A model generated the notes under the pieces. That model worked only from the letters and a program-made list of their open reading frames with translations, did not search any database and had not been told where the DNA came from. Positions 39,913 through 51,326 of a stretch of 64,000 nucleotides of DNA are shown here, one piece after another (the stretch's first letter is position 1; the number at the start of each line of letters is the position of its first letter). The DNA lies in sequence record DRR723986_8380; one strand, written 5' to 3'. Position numbers and translations under genes: made by a program.

Positions 39913-40767
39913 TTATTGGTCTAACTGAATAGTGTTTCTAAAATAGCGCTGAACGATATTTGGGTCTGGCAATAATGCCTTACAGCTTCTGCCTTTATTC
40001 TCATAATCAAATAAACTTAGAACATATTTAATACTCTCTAATCGCGCTCGTTTTTTGTCATTAGACTTAATGACAACCCAAGGTGAAAAGGAATTATGAG
40101 TTCTGGAAAACATCTGGTTTTTATAAATAGTAAACGTATCCCAAAGTTCCTGTCCTTTTTCATCTACAGGACTAAATTTCCATTTCTTTAACGGATTATT
40201 CAATCGTTTTTCAAATCGGCGTTGTTGTTCATCTTTAGATACTGAGAACCAGAATTTAATGAGTGTAGTACCAGATTCATAAAGCATATTTTCAAATTCA
40301 GGAACTTGTATCATAAAACGATTGTACTGTTGCTCGTTGCAAAAGCCCATAACCGGTTCTACAACGGCTCTGTTATACCAACTCCTATCAAAAAACACAA
40401 TTTCACCTGCATTTGGTAGTTCTTTGATATAGCGATTAAAATACCACTGATTCTTTTCTACTTCAGTAGGCTTATTTAAAGCAACAATGCGCATGGCTCT
40501 TGGGTTGAGATGTTCTTTAAAACGCTTAATAGTACCACCTTTCCCAGAGGCATCACGACCTTCAAAAATTATGGCGATCTTCTTATTCTCTTTCTGAACC
40601 CAACGCTGAAAATCAACTAGTTCAGCTTGTAGTGGCAATAATTCCTGTTCATATTCGTGTTTTTCTAATGCAGAATGAAAAATTGGGTTGTTAGTTTTGT
40701 GCTCTTCTAAATAGTTAACTAAATCCGATTTTCGGTTAAAGGATTTTAATAGCTCTTCTGTAATCAT
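39913..40767 (-). CDS. ppk2: polyphosphate kinase 2 (tandem paralogue)
   Basis: FEGRDASGKGG, FDRSWYNRA and WKFSPVD. Confidence 0.95.
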   Translation of the reverse strand: MITEELLKSFNRKSDLVNYLEEHKTNNPIFHSALEKHEYEQELLPLQAELVDFQRWVQKENKKIAIIFEGRDASGKGGTIKRFKEHLNPRAMRIVALNKPTEVEKNQWYFNRYIKELPNAGEIVFFDRSWYNRAVVEPVMGFCNEQQYNRFMIQVPEFENMLYESGTTLIKFWFSVSKDEQQRRFEKRLNNPLKKWKFSPVDEKGQELWDTFTIYKNQMFSRTHNSFSPWVVIKSNDKKRARLESIKYVLSLFDYENKGRSCKALLPDPNIVQRYFRNTIQLDQ

Positions 40768-40819
40768 AAAATATATCTAAGTTTAACTACCAAATTAAAA
40801 ATATCAGAAGAAACTTTTC

Positions 40820-40833
40820 ATGACATTAGTCAT
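40820..40833. promoter_or_regulatory. ATGAC-N4-GTCAT palindrome (Crp/Fnr-like site candidate)
   Basis: ATGACATTAGTCAT ~54 bp upstream of the ppk2 start. Confidence 0.4.
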
Positions 40834-40893
40834 AGTACAAAAGAAAAAAGCCCTCTTTTAAAAAAGAAGGCTCAATAATATGCTATTAATCGA

Positions 40894-43305
40894 TTAACGT
40901 AATTTCGGAAAGTCTGCTGGGTTTACTTCGTGCATTACGTTATATATGGCTTCAAAAATATCTTCTATAGACGGTTTAGAAAAGTAATCGCCATCAGATC
41001 CATAGGCAGGTCTATGTGGTTTCGCAGCCAAAGTTTTTGGCTGACTATCTAAATGTTCAAAAGCGTTTTGTGTATTTAAGATCTCATTTAAAATGTATGC
41101 AGATGCACCACCTTTTACATCCTCATCAATTACCATAACTCTGTTAGTCTTGGCTATACTTTTTACGATATCGTGATTAATATCAAACGGTAATAACGAT
41201 TGAACATCAATTATTTCGGCATCAATACCAACTTCTAACAGTTCTTTTGCTGCTTGTTCAACTAGTCGTAAAGTGGATCCATAAGAGACTAAAGTAATAT
41301 CATCTCCTTCTTTTAAGGTTTCAACAACACCAATTGGAGTCTTGAATTTTCCAATATTATTTGGCATTTTTTCTTTTAAACGATAGCCATTTAAACATTC
41401 CACAATAAGTGCAGGTTCATCACTTTCTAGCAGTTTATTATAGAAACCGGCAGCTTTAGTCATATCTCTAGGAACTAAGACATGAATACCTCTTATTAAA
41501 TTTAAAATACCACCCATTTGAGAACCAGAGTGCCAAATACCTTCCAATCGATGACCACGTGTTCTTACAATTAATGGTGCTTTTTGACGGCCTTTGGTTC
41601 TGTATTGAACCGTGGCCAAATCATCACTCATAATTTGTAAGGCATAAAGTAAATAATCTAAATACTGAATTTCTGCAATAGGCCTTAGACCACGCATTGC
41701 CATACCAATACCTTGACCCACAATAGTTGCTTCTCTAATACCAGTATCCGAAACTCTTAATTCGCCAAATTTTTCCTGAAGTCCTTCTAGTCCTTGGTTA
41801 ACATCACCAATGTAACCAGCGTCTTCACCAAAAATTAAAGCTTCAGGGTAGTGACTAAAAATTGCATCAAAATTATCTCTTAAAATGATTCTTCCATCTA
41901 CATCTTGTGCATCTTCATCGTAGGTTGGTGCAACTTCATCATGGTTCACCGCCTTTAAGCTAGATTCACTGTATAAATGCGAACTATATTTTGGTTGTAT
42001 CTCATCAATGTAATTATTAATCCATTGCTGTAATTGTGTTTTTTCGGCAGAATGTTCAGAAATTAAGTATCGTAATGTCTTACGCGCTGCGGCTAATACA
42101 TTTTTACGCAAAGGTTCGTCAATCGCAGCTAAATCGTTCTTTATTTTTGTGATAAATACACCATTAGAACTGGTTGATGCTGCATTTTCAAGTAATGAAA
42201 TAACTTGATTTTGTTCTGCTTTAATCGGATTAATGTAAGCGGTCCATGCGGCCTTTTTACCGTCTCTCACTTCTTTCTTAATCGATTTTTCTAGCTCTGT
42301 TAACTCTTCATTTGTGGCAATATTATTTATTACCATCCATTTACGCATCTGAGCATTACAATCATATTCTACTTCCCAGGCTAAGCGGTCAGCATCTTTA
42401 TAACGCTCATGAGAGCCAGAGGTCGAATGGCCTTGTGGTTGGGTAAGTTGTTGCACGTGTATCATTACAGGTACATGTTCTTTCCGTGTCAATTGGGCAG
42501 CACGCTGATAGGTGTCTATTAATTCTGGATAGTTCCAACCATTCACTCTGAATATTTCATAGCCATCGGCCGTTTCATTGCGTTGTAAACCTTTCAGAAT
42601 TTCTGAAATATTTTCTTTAGTAGTCTGGTGTTTAGCGTGCACTGAAATACCATATTCATCGTCCCATACACTAATTACCATTGGTACCTGTAATACACCA
42701 GCTGCATTTATCGTTTCAAAAAATAAACCTTCACTGGTACTGGCATTTCCTATCGTTCCCCATGCAATTTCATTTCCTTCTTTAGAAAACTTTGTAGCAT
42801 CGATTCCGTCTACATGTCTGTATATTTTTGAAGCTTGTGCTAAACCTAAAAGTCTTGGCATCTGGCCTGCGGTAGGAGAGATGTCTGCACTAGAATTCTT
42901 TTGCTCTGTTAAGTTTTTCCACTGTCCATTTTCGTCTAAACTATGCGTGGCAAAATGACCACCCATTTGTCGGCCAGCAGACATAGGTTCTTCTTCTAAA
43001 TCTGTATTGGCATAAAGACCGGCAAAAAATTGTTCTACAGTAAGTTCTCCTATGGCCATCATAAAGGTTTGGTCACGGTAATAACCAGATCTAAAATCTC
43101 CATTTTCAAAGGCTTTAGCCCAAGCAATTTGCGGAACTTCTTTACCGCCACCAAAAATTCCAAATTTAGCTTTACCAGTAAGAACTTCTCTACGACCAAG
43201 AATACTACACTCACGACTCGTTACTGCAATCTTATAGTCGTTTAAAACTTCAGCTTTGAAATCTTCAAATGTAATTTCTGTTTTGGTCTTAGAATTGGTC
43301 TTCAT
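40894..43305 (-). CDS. 2-oxoacid dehydrogenase E1, fused alpha/beta subunit
   Basis: YYRD, GNASTSEG (TPP motif variant), GHSTS, FGED, DTGIRE and AEIQY. Confidence 0.9.
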   Translation of the reverse strand: MKTNSKTKTEITFEDFKAEVLNDYKIAVTSRECSILGRREVLTGKAKFGIFGGGKEVPQIAWAKAFENGDFRSGYYRDQTFMMAIGELTVEQFFAGLYANTDLEEEPMSAGRQMGGHFATHSLDENGQWKNLTEQKNSSADISPTAGQMPRLLGLAQASKIYRHVDGIDATKFSKEGNEIAWGTIGNASTSEGLFFETINAAGVLQVPMVISVWDDEYGISVHAKHQTTKENISEILKGLQRNETADGYEIFRVNGWNYPELIDTYQRAAQLTRKEHVPVMIHVQQLTQPQGHSTSGSHERYKDADRLAWEVEYDCNAQMRKWMVINNIATNEELTELEKSIKKEVRDGKKAAWTAYINPIKAEQNQVISLLENAASTSSNGVFITKIKNDLAAIDEPLRKNVLAAARKTLRYLISEHSAEKTQLQQWINNYIDEIQPKYSSHLYSESSLKAVNHDEVAPTYDEDAQDVDGRIILRDNFDAIFSHYPEALIFGEDAGYIGDVNQGLEGLQEKFGELRVSDTGIREATIVGQGIGMAMRGLRPIAEIQYLDYLLYALQIMSDDLATVQYRTKGRQKAPLIVRTRGHRLEGIWHSGSQMGGILNLIRGIHVLVPRDMTKAAGFYNKLLESDEPALIVECLNGYRLKEKMPNNIGKFKTPIGVVETLKEGDDITLVSYGSTLRLVEQAAKELLEVGIDAEIIDVQSLLPFDINHDIVKSIAKTNRVMVIDEDVKGGASAYILNEILNTQNAFEHLDSQPKTLAAKPHRPAYGSDGDYFSKPSIEDIFEAIYNVMHEVNPADFPKLR

Positions 43306-43459
43306 AAATAGCTACTTTTCGAAATACAAAATTAGTGAATTTCAACAGGATTTGCAACAGCAATAACTGTTATAAAATTGAATTATTCTTAGTAAAACTG
43401 AATTAAATCGAATAAATTATTAAAAAACGATAAAAAATTAACATTTTAGTAAGAATGTG

Positions 43460-46300
43460 TTAATACCATTTACGTCTGAATAAACCGAGTAAAACCTGTG
43501 GGTCTACGGTAAACATAAAGCGAATTCTCTGGTCGTAGTTTGGTTGACCGACTTCCCATCCTAGACTGGAATATAAAGGGAAATAAATTTCAAAATAATC
43601 TTCAACTAAATTTAATCGTATGCCAGAGTCGTATACAAGTTTCGCTGTATCAAACTTGTTTTTAACTACACCAATATCTCCATACACTTGTATGTATCTC
43701 CATATTGAAGTACTAAAATTCGCAGTGGTCATCCATTGGTTTGCAAAAGGAGTCTCTAGCATAGATTTAAAACCACCTTCAGCAATTATAATTTGTTGAC
43801 TAAATAAACCTGCATCTTCAGAGCGACCTAAATAATTAAGGTCAAACAAATAATCGGTAGGTCTATCTAAGGCAAAACTAAAATAATCTGAGCTTGGATC
43901 ATTATTGTTTTCTAAAAAGAAACCAGCAAAAAATCTGAAGTTTATGTTTCTATTACTCTTAGTTAATTTTCTGGTTTCGTAATTAAAAGAGAGCTTACTA
44001 AATTTATCTGCTAATTGAAAATCTATATTAAAATCAGAAAAATTAATAATACCCGGATTAGAGTGTCTATATCTCAGGTTAAATACTCCATAATCAGGTT
44101 CATCAACTTCAACTGTTGCGTCTTCTCCAATATCTCTATTTATACTCACGTAGCGCGCTGAAATTACATCTATAGCATCAACTCTAAAGTCCTTATCATT
44201 TCTAAATGAAAAAGAAATAGATGGATTTACATTAGTAGTAAGAGCATCTTCTGCAAAAGATCTGTACCCAGCAAAAATACCGTAGGTTATATTAAATAAG
44301 TTCTGATCTTCTAAATTATGAGTGTAAAATATTGATGTAGAGCCTGTTAATGATTTTGACTTTGTAGCGTATTGTGGTGAAATGCGATAATTAAGACGTT
44401 TTCTTAAAATAGTTTTGTTATACATTTTAACTCCCAGGGTAAGTCCGTCGTAGATATTCCTAAATTCAGCTAAAGGCATAAAAAAGATTTGATTGTAATT
44501 CGGATCTTCGACATCCTTAAATAAGCGAAATTGAAAGGGTTTGTTGTTTAAAAACGAACCATTTACGGCCTTGTAATTATCACGCTGATTAAATTCTGGT
44601 ACTACTGTGTAATAATCTAAAGCAAACTTTTCTGTGCTATCTTTAGGGATAGTCACTGTTTTTTCGCCCTTAATGTTCTCCACCCATAAATAGCCTGTTA
44701 CAGTATCATTTTGTAGTTTAAAAAGCGAAATGGGCATACTATTATCACGTTTGTTTTTAATAGTAATACGCAAGGAGTCAGCTGTTGATTCAACCATTGT
44801 AATTTTAAAGTCAATTTTTTTTCGCGTTCCTACATAATCTGTAAAAAACCAGTTGATATCTTTTTCGGTCTTAGATTTAATAAAGCTTTCAAAGTCCGCA
44901 ATGGTAATACCTTCTAAGGTATTTGTCTTTAAAAATTCAGTTAACGCGTCTTGCAATTTTATGTCGTCAGCAAAAGCATCTAAATAATTAAAGCCTACTC
45001 CGGCTTTGTATTTACTAGCAATATTAGCGTTAAATTTAATTAAGGAATCTTTAGAAGTGTTTATAGTTTGGTCTCTGTTCTTACGCCCTACTTCCATAGA
45101 GTAGAGGAAGTATTGAAAATTAAAATCTAGGTCCGCAGCATGAAACGCTCTAATGCCCCAAATATTGGCTAGTGTGCCTAATAGTTTCATGTCTGGATAA
45201 TTTTCTTCAACATATTTCATTAAAAAATATATCTGAATACCTTCACTTAACCAATGCTCTTTCCTTGGGTTAAGTAATAGGGTATTGTCTATGTATTTCT
45301 TTAATGCAGTTTTTAATAGCTTTAATTCGTATTGAAACTCACTTGGAAACGGTCTAAGAAAACTTGGTAACTGATTTAATCCGTATAATGGGTTTTTATT
45401 GTAATCAATTTTTGAAACTAACAGTTGATTATGCGGATAATCGCCGAGATTAGCACTCAAAAATTGTGTGATTTTATCAGTTAATATAGCTTTGTTAGAA
45501 GGTTCTAAACCTTTTTCATCAATATTAGAGATCACAATAAAATCGTCTGTTTTCACAAAGCTAAATCTTGGAAATCTATTTAAGGATAAAAAGGTATCTA
45601 CACGGTCTTTACCTTGCAATATAGTTGTTTGTATTTCATTATTGTTGCTTGGTTCTAAAACAACCAAATCTAACTCAGAAGTTACTCTGTAATTTATGGG
45701 ATGTGAAATCCTAAGGTTAATATCTGCTTTAGGAATAAAAAGATCGTCTAAATTTTTATTACTGTAATAGTGCCATTTACCATCATAAACGGTTGGCGTG
45801 AGGTACCAGTACTTTAAGTTAAGGTTTTGGTTTTTTGTAAAGCCATAATCCGTAAAAGTAGCATCTGGCAATACCAAAATATATTTTAGAGTAATGTTAT
45901 AGCTCTCTTGAGGTAGTAAGGGAGTATTGAGTTTTACTTCTATAACATCAGGATGTAATTCTAAATTTGAAAACTCTAAAGGTGACGCAGTTTTGTCTAT
46001 CATAGAAGTGATTGTGGTGTAACCACGTTGTTCACTTTTTGCCAGGTGAAACTTAGTGCTAAATTCTTCTTCAAAGCGTTTAGCTAAAGGTGTAGACTTG
46101 GTAGAATAACTATTATTCCAGTCGTTCAGGTAAATGATATCTAAAGTGTCTGTAGTGGTGTTCTTATAGACAATAGTTTGTGTTATACTTATAGATTTAG
46201 TTTCAATGTCTACAACAGCATTAATATCTAGCTTGTTTTGTGCAGATGATTGTGTGCAAAAGCACAGTAAACAAATGAATATGATGCTGTTTTTAATCAA
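43460..46300 (-). CDS. M1 peptidase-like secreted protein lacking HEXXH, with beta-rich C-terminal domain
   Basis: Signal peptide; YKNTTTDTLDIIYLNDW N-domain; HWLSEG retained while the HEXXH position reads KTALK. Confidence 0.7.
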   Translation of the reverse strand: MIKNSIIFICLLCFCTQSSAQNKLDINAVVDIETKSISITQTIVYKNTTTDTLDIIYLNDWNNSYSTKSTPLAKRFEEEFSTKFHLAKSEQRGYTTITSMIDKTASPLEFSNLELHPDVIEVKLNTPLLPQESYNITLKYILVLPDATFTDYGFTKNQNLNLKYWYLTPTVYDGKWHYYSNKNLDDLFIPKADINLRISHPINYRVTSELDLVVLEPSNNNEIQTTILQGKDRVDTFLSLNRFPRFSFVKTDDFIVISNIDEKGLEPSNKAILTDKITQFLSANLGDYPHNQLLVSKIDYNKNPLYGLNQLPSFLRPFPSEFQYELKLLKTALKKYIDNTLLLNPRKEHWLSEGIQIYFLMKYVEENYPDMKLLGTLANIWGIRAFHAADLDFNFQYFLYSMEVGRKNRDQTINTSKDSLIKFNANIASKYKAGVGFNYLDAFADDIKLQDALTEFLKTNTLEGITIADFESFIKSKTEKDINWFFTDYVGTRKKIDFKITMVESTADSLRITIKNKRDNSMPISLFKLQNDTVTGYLWVENIKGEKTVTIPKDSTEKFALDYYTVVPEFNQRDNYKAVNGSFLNNKPFQFRLFKDVEDPNYNQIFFMPLAEFRNIYDGLTLGVKMYNKTILRKRLNYRISPQYATKSKSLTGSTSIFYTHNLEDQNLFNITYGIFAGYRSFAEDALTTNVNPSISFSFRNDKDFRVDAIDVISARYVSINRDIGEDATVEVDEPDYGVFNLRYRHSNPGIINFSDFNIDFQLADKFSKLSFNYETRKLTKSNRNINFRFFAGFFLENNNDPSSDYFSFALDRPTDYLFDLNYLGRSEDAGLFSQQIIIAEGGFKSMLETPFANQWMTTANFSTSIWRYIQVYGDIGVVKNKFDTAKLVYDSGIRLNLVEDYFEIYFPLYSSLGWEVGQPNYDQRIRFMFTVDPQVLLGLFRRKWY

Positions 46301-47571
46301 TGTGAAACGATAAATTTAATAGGGTTTAAGTTAGAATTCGGAATGACTAAAATGTACAGTCCATTTTGAAGTTCAGACAGATCAAATTCTTGTCTTGCAT
46401 TGCCGTTTGTTTGTAGGGTTTTTACGCGTTTACCCATTAAATCAAACACAAACAATTCTTTATTTAAAAGTTCAGTTGAATTAATGTAAGTAACTAAATT
46501 ATAGTGTGTTACATTTTTTTCTAATCTGAAATTATCGATTTGAGTAATATCCTCTGTGCTTAATAAGGTAGCATCAGTTTCTAAGGATAAGGTTACAGGT
46601 AAATGATCACTAAAATTATGAAGTGCGTCTCTAATTTCGAATGAAAATTCAGAGTTAATATCACCACAGTCAGAAGAATTGATACGACGGTTATAACAAG
46701 ATGCCAATCCATTATTACCATACACCTTATATGAGTCTGGCACATACGTAATAGCTGCGCTGTTAATCATATTTTCCGAAGTCAAAATAAAATCAAAACG
46801 ATCATCAAAACCTCCTGTTGAACCTCCTAAACCATTCTGCGTTCGTGTAGACTGCGTAAACACATCTACAAAGTTGACATTATTATTCCAGCTACCAACA
46901 CGGTTTGGTGGATCTGCAAATACTATATTATTAGTACCATCTAACAATTCCTGAAAAGCAGATTCTGTAGCTGTATATAAATTTAAATCTCCACCTAATA
47001 AAACATTGGTATCAGCAGGTAAGGTATTTAAATAAGCATCGAGCTCTTGTACCATCTCAAAACGACGCTGAGCGTTTAAAGGACCGCTAGAAGCTTTTAA
47101 ATGGCATACAACCACATAGACATCTATTGGATTTGTATCCTGATTTACCGTATTCAGTCGAATTTTATAAATATTAAAATCTCTTAGATCTGTAGGTACA
47201 ATGATTTCTTCGAGTATACTAAACTTGGTACTGTCATAATACAGCAAGTTTTGTAGGTCATTCTGGTCACTACCTAAATCGTCAGAAGTGTTAGAAACAT
47301 ACGTCGCCGTTTCAAAATTAGAATTAATGGCTGTACGTGCTATGTTTAATACATTATCTGCACCTGTACTATTATTTAATTCGCAAACCAGAAATAAATC
47401 GGGCTGATAATCTGAAAGTATCAATTCTAAATCGTCTTCACGATTAGGAACCGCATCTTCGAGTGGATAGTTGAGTAAATTATAAAACATGACCTTGAAT
47501 GTTTCTTGTGCAGAAACATTTAAAATACTTAGTAAACTAACCGTAAAAAAACCGATTAATGTCTTTTTCAT
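46297..47571 (-). CDS. endonuclease/exonuclease/phosphatase family protein with T9SS type A-like sorting domain
   Basis: YNLLNY, HLKAS, GDLN, RFDFI and SDHLPV; C-terminal FDLMGK...LSELQNGLYIL..KFIV. Confidence 0.85.
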   Translation of the reverse strand: MKKTLIGFFTVSLLSILNVSAQETFKVMFYNLLNYPLEDAVPNREDDLELILSDYQPDLFLVCELNNSTGADNVLNIARTAINSNFETATYVSNTSDDLGSDQNDLQNLLYYDSTKFSILEEIIVPTDLRDFNIYKIRLNTVNQDTNPIDVYVVVCHLKASSGPLNAQRRFEMVQELDAYLNTLPADTNVLLGGDLNLYTATESAFQELLDGTNNIVFADPPNRVGSWNNNVNFVDVFTQSTRTQNGLGGSTGGFDDRFDFILTSENMINSAAITYVPDSYKVYGNNGLASCYNRRINSSDCGDINSEFSFEIRDALHNFSDHLPVTLSLETDATLLSTEDITQIDNFRLEKNVTHYNLVTYINSTELLNKELFVFDLMGKRVKTLQTNGNARQEFDLSELQNGLYILVIPNSNLNPIKFIVSH

Positions 47572-47592
47572 AGCAATGTAAAAAGGTTTTTT

Positions 47593-48279
47593 TTAGAAAT
47601 TTGGACTTAAATCATATTCCTTATAGAAAGCATTTAATATGTTAATAACTTCATCAGATGTATCTACAAGATGCATTAGGTCTAAATCCTTCGGACTAAT
47701 ATTTCCAGCATCTAGAAGCGTTGTTTTTACCCAATCAAATAAACCTCCCCAAAATTCTTTTCCAACTAAAATAATAGGGAAGGTTTCTATTTTATGAGTT
47801 TGTATTAAAGTAATCGCTTCAAATAACTCATCTAAGGTGCCAAATCCACCTGGCATAACTACAAACCCTTGAGAGTATTTTACAAACATTACCTTACGGA
47901 CAAAGAAGTAATCAAAATCAAGACTTTTATCACTGTCTATGTAAGGATTATCGTGCTGTTCAAAGGGTAACTCAATATTTAGACCCACTGATGTTCCTCC
48001 TGCAATATGTGCACCTTTATTACCAGCTTCCATAATACCAGGTCCACCACCTGTAATAACACCATAACCGTGTTCTACTATTTTTTCTGCGACTTCAACA
48101 GCAAGTTGGTAGTACTTGTGGTCTGGTTGTGTTCTGGCAGATCCAAATATAGAGACGCATGGCCCTATTTTACTTAGCTTTTCATAACCGCCAACAAATT
48201 CACCCATGATTTTAAAAATCGCCCAGGAATCGTTTGTTTTTATCTCATTCCAGCCTTTATGTTTACTCTCTTCCCTCAT
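47593..48279 (-). CDS. LOG family protein (TIGR00730)
   Basis: FGSAR, TGGGPGIMEA and PGGFGTLDE. Confidence 0.93.
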   Translation of the reverse strand: MREESKHKGWNEIKTNDSWAIFKIMGEFVGGYEKLSKIGPCVSIFGSARTQPDHKYYQLAVEVAEKIVEHGYGVITGGGPGIMEAGNKGAHIAGGTSVGLNIELPFEQHDNPYIDSDKSLDFDYFFVRKVMFVKYSQGFVVMPGGFGTLDELFEAITLIQTHKIETFPIILVGKEFWGGLFDWVKTTLLDAGNISPKDLDLMHLVDTSDEVINILNAFYKEYDLSPNF

Positions 48280-48374
48280 ATATCTTTATTTCTTTATCTT
48301 ATGTTTTAGTATTGCAAACCCGCTAATTTAACAGTTTAAAAAAACATCACCAATTCAAAATTGACAATATATTG

Positions 48375-51203
48375 TTAATTCAATTCTTTTCTCAAGAATT
48401 TGGAGGTATAACTTTTCTGGTCTTTTATGATTTGTTCTGGAGTACCTTTGGCAACCACTTCGCCACCACCTTTTCCTCCTTCGTAACCAATATCTATAAT
48501 ATAATCAACGGTTTTTATAACGTCGAGATTGTGCTCTATGATTAACACTGTATTGCCTTTGTCTACTAATTTATTGAGGACTTTCATTAAAACGCGAATG
48601 TCTTCAAAATGTAGACCTGTTGTTGGTTCATCTAATATGTAGAACGTATTACCCGTATCGCGCTTGCTCAATTCTGTAGCCAGTTTAATGCGTTGTGCTT
48701 CGCCACCAGAAAGTGTAGTGCTTTGTTGTCCTAGCGTAATATAACCTAAACCAACATCCTTTATAGTTTTTAATTTTCGATAGATTTTTGGTATATGCTC
48801 AAAGAAGTCTACAGCCTCTTCAATCGTCATATTCAGCACATCACTAATCGATTTACCCTTATATCTAATCTCTAAGGTCTCACGGTTAAAACGTTTACCT
48901 TGGCAGGTTTCACATTCTACATATACATCTGGCAGAAAGTTCATTTCAATAACCCGTAAACCACCACCTTGGCAAGTTTCACAGCGCCCACCAGCCACGT
49001 TAAAACTAAAACGACCAGGTTTATAACCGCGAATCATCGCTTCTGGTATCTGAGCAAATAACTTTCTTATTTCGTCAAAAGTTTTGGTATAGGTAGCCGG
49101 ATTACTTCGTGGAGTACGTCCAATAGGTGATTGGTTAATATCAATCACTTTATCAATGTGTTCTAAGCCTTTTATGCTTTTATATGGCATTGGTTTCTTA
49201 ACACCATTAAAATAATGAGCATTAAGAATAGGGTAGAGCGTTTCATTAATTAAGGTAGACTTCCCACTACCTGAAACACCAGTTACACCAATCATTTTAC
49301 CAAGAGGAAATTCTACGTCAATAGTCTTTAAGTTATTACCTGAACAGCCTTTCAACACTATTTTCTTCCCATTGCCTTTGCGACGTTGCTTCGGAATTTC
49401 AATTTCCTTTTCACCATTTAAATAGGCAGCTGTTAAGGTATGATGCTTTAATAATTCATTCGGTGTGCCTTCACTAATGATCTCACCACCATGTTTACCT
49501 GCAAAAGGGCCTATGTCTATGACGTGATCTGCACGTTCTATCATGTCTTTATCATGTTCTACCACAATGACCGAATTCCCAACATCGCGCAGCGATACTA
49601 AGGAATTAATAAGCTTTTCATTATCACGTTGATGCAATCCAATACTTGGCTCATCAAGAATATATAATACACCTACCAATTGCGAACCAATTTGTGTGGC
49701 CAGTCTAATACGTTGGGCTTCACCACCAGACAGTGATTTAGAACTACGGTTTAAGGACAGATAGGTAAGACCAACATCGAGTAAAAACTGAACACGATTT
49801 CGAATTTCTTTCACTACTTCCGCAGAAATCTTTTGTTGCTTCTCGCTTAAGCGATCCGTTAAGCCGTTTAACCAGGTGCTAAGCTCAACGATATCCATTT
49901 TTACTAAATCGGCAATGCTTTTACCGTCAACCTTAAAGTATAGGGATTCTTTACGTAGACGTGACCCTTCACAAACCGAGCACTCTACTTTATCCATGTA
50001 TGTCTTTGCCCAACGGACTAAAGAGGTAGAATTAGATTTATACTGATTCTCAATAAAATTAGCAACACCTTCAAAATCGATCTTATAATCACGCTTCACG
50101 CCGAGCAGTTTACTTTCAACAGAAAAACTATCTTTTCCACCGTAAAGTATCACGTGTTTAGCTTCTTCAGGAATAGTTGCCCAGGCATCGTTCAATGAAA
50201 AGTCAAAACGTTGTGCAATAGTATCAAACTGCTTAAATATCCAACTTTTCTTCTCCGGTCCATGTGGAGCTAAAGCTCCGCTTCTTATAGATAAACTAGG
50301 ATCTGGCACCAATTTGTGTTCATTGACCACATATAATTCGCCAATGCCATTACAGTTCTGGCAAGCTCCTTTAGGTGAGTTGAATGAAAAGTTATTTGGC
50401 TCTGGATTAGGATACGAAATCCCTGACGATGGACACATTAAATTTCGGCTAAAATAGCGTGGTTCGTTAGTGTCCTGGTCAATAACCATCAACACATCAT
50501 CTCCATGATACATGGCTGTGTTAATGGATTCCATAAGACGTTTTTCATTGTCTTGTGTATCATCAATCTTTAAGCGATCAATAACTATTTCTATATCATG
50601 CGTTTTGTAACGGTCTAGTTTCATTCCTTTTTCAAGGTCAACAATCTCACCATCAGTTCGCACTTTTACAAAACCTTGTTTAGCAATTTGTTCAAAGAGT
50701 TCACGGTAATGGCCTTTACGCGATCTTATTACAGGAGATAATATGTTTATGCGTTTGCCTTTATAGGATTCTAGGATAAGGTCCTTAATTTGCGCATCAC
50801 TATAGCTCACCATTTTATCACCAGTTTCATAACTGTAAGCATCAGCTGCTCTGGCGAAAAGAAGTCGTAAAAAATCGTAGATCTCTGTAATTGTACCTAC
50901 GGTAGAACGTGGCGATTTGCTCGTTGTTTTTTGCTCAATAGCAATAACAGGAGAGAGGCCATCAATCTTATCCACATCTGGGCGCTCTAAACTTCCTAAA
51001 AACTGACGTGCATAAGCCGAAAATGTTTCAATATAACGACGTTGCCCTTCGGCATAAATGGTATCAAAAGCCAAAGATGATTTTCCACTACCAGACAAGC
51101 CAGTAATCACTACCAGTTTCTCTCTGGGAATGCTGACATCAATGTTTTTAAGGTTGTGAACACGTGCACCTTTTACTTCAATAGAATCGTCAAAATGGCT
51201 CAT
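48375..51203 (-). CDS. uvrA: excinuclease ABC subunit A
   Basis: GARVHNLKN, two Walker A motifs (GSGKSS and GSGKST), LSGGEAQRI twice, zinc fingers. Confidence 0.98.
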   Translation of the reverse strand: MSHFDDSIEVKGARVHNLKNIDVSIPREKLVVITGLSGSGKSSLAFDTIYAEGQRRYIETFSAYARQFLGSLERPDVDKIDGLSPVIAIEQKTTSKSPRSTVGTITEIYDFLRLLFARAADAYSYETGDKMVSYSDAQIKDLILESYKGKRINILSPVIRSRKGHYRELFEQIAKQGFVKVRTDGEIVDLEKGMKLDRYKTHDIEIVIDRLKIDDTQDNEKRLMESINTAMYHGDDVLMVIDQDTNEPRYFSRNLMCPSSGISYPNPEPNNFSFNSPKGACQNCNGIGELYVVNEHKLVPDPSLSIRSGALAPHGPEKKSWIFKQFDTIAQRFDFSLNDAWATIPEEAKHVILYGGKDSFSVESKLLGVKRDYKIDFEGVANFIENQYKSNSTSLVRWAKTYMDKVECSVCEGSRLRKESLYFKVDGKSIADLVKMDIVELSTWLNGLTDRLSEKQQKISAEVVKEIRNRVQFLLDVGLTYLSLNRSSKSLSGGEAQRIRLATQIGSQLVGVLYILDEPSIGLHQRDNEKLINSLVSLRDVGNSVIVVEHDKDMIERADHVIDIGPFAGKHGGEIISEGTPNELLKHHTLTAAYLNGEKEIEIPKQRRKGNGKKIVLKGCSGNNLKTIDVEFPLGKMIGVTGVSGSGKSTLINETLYPILNAHYFNGVKKPMPYKSIKGLEHIDKVIDINQSPIGRTPRSNPATYTKTFDEIRKLFAQIPEAMIRGYKPGRFSFNVAGGRCETCQGGGLRVIEMNFLPDVYVECETCQGKRFNRETLEIRYKGKSISDVLNMTIEEAVDFFEHIPKIYRKLKTIKDVGLGYITLGQQSTTLSGGEAQRIKLATELSKRDTGNTFYILDEPTTGLHFEDIRVLMKVLNKLVDKGNTVLIIEHNLDVIKTVDYIIDIGYEGGKGGGEVVAKGTPEQIIKDQKSYTSKFLRKELN

Positions 51204-51273
51204 AAATTAGCAAAAGTGCAAAGGTACATATTTAGATGTTAATTTCGTGTGAAGGTTTGTGATGATCTATTAT

Positions 51274-51304
51274 AAAAAATGCGCTGAAAACTCAGCGCAT
51301 TTTT
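51274..51304 (-). terminator. intrinsic terminator
   Basis: AAAAAATGCGCTGA-AAAC-TCAGCGCATTTTT. Confidence 0.8.
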
Positions 51305-51326
51305 AATTCGTTTATATGTTTTGTAT

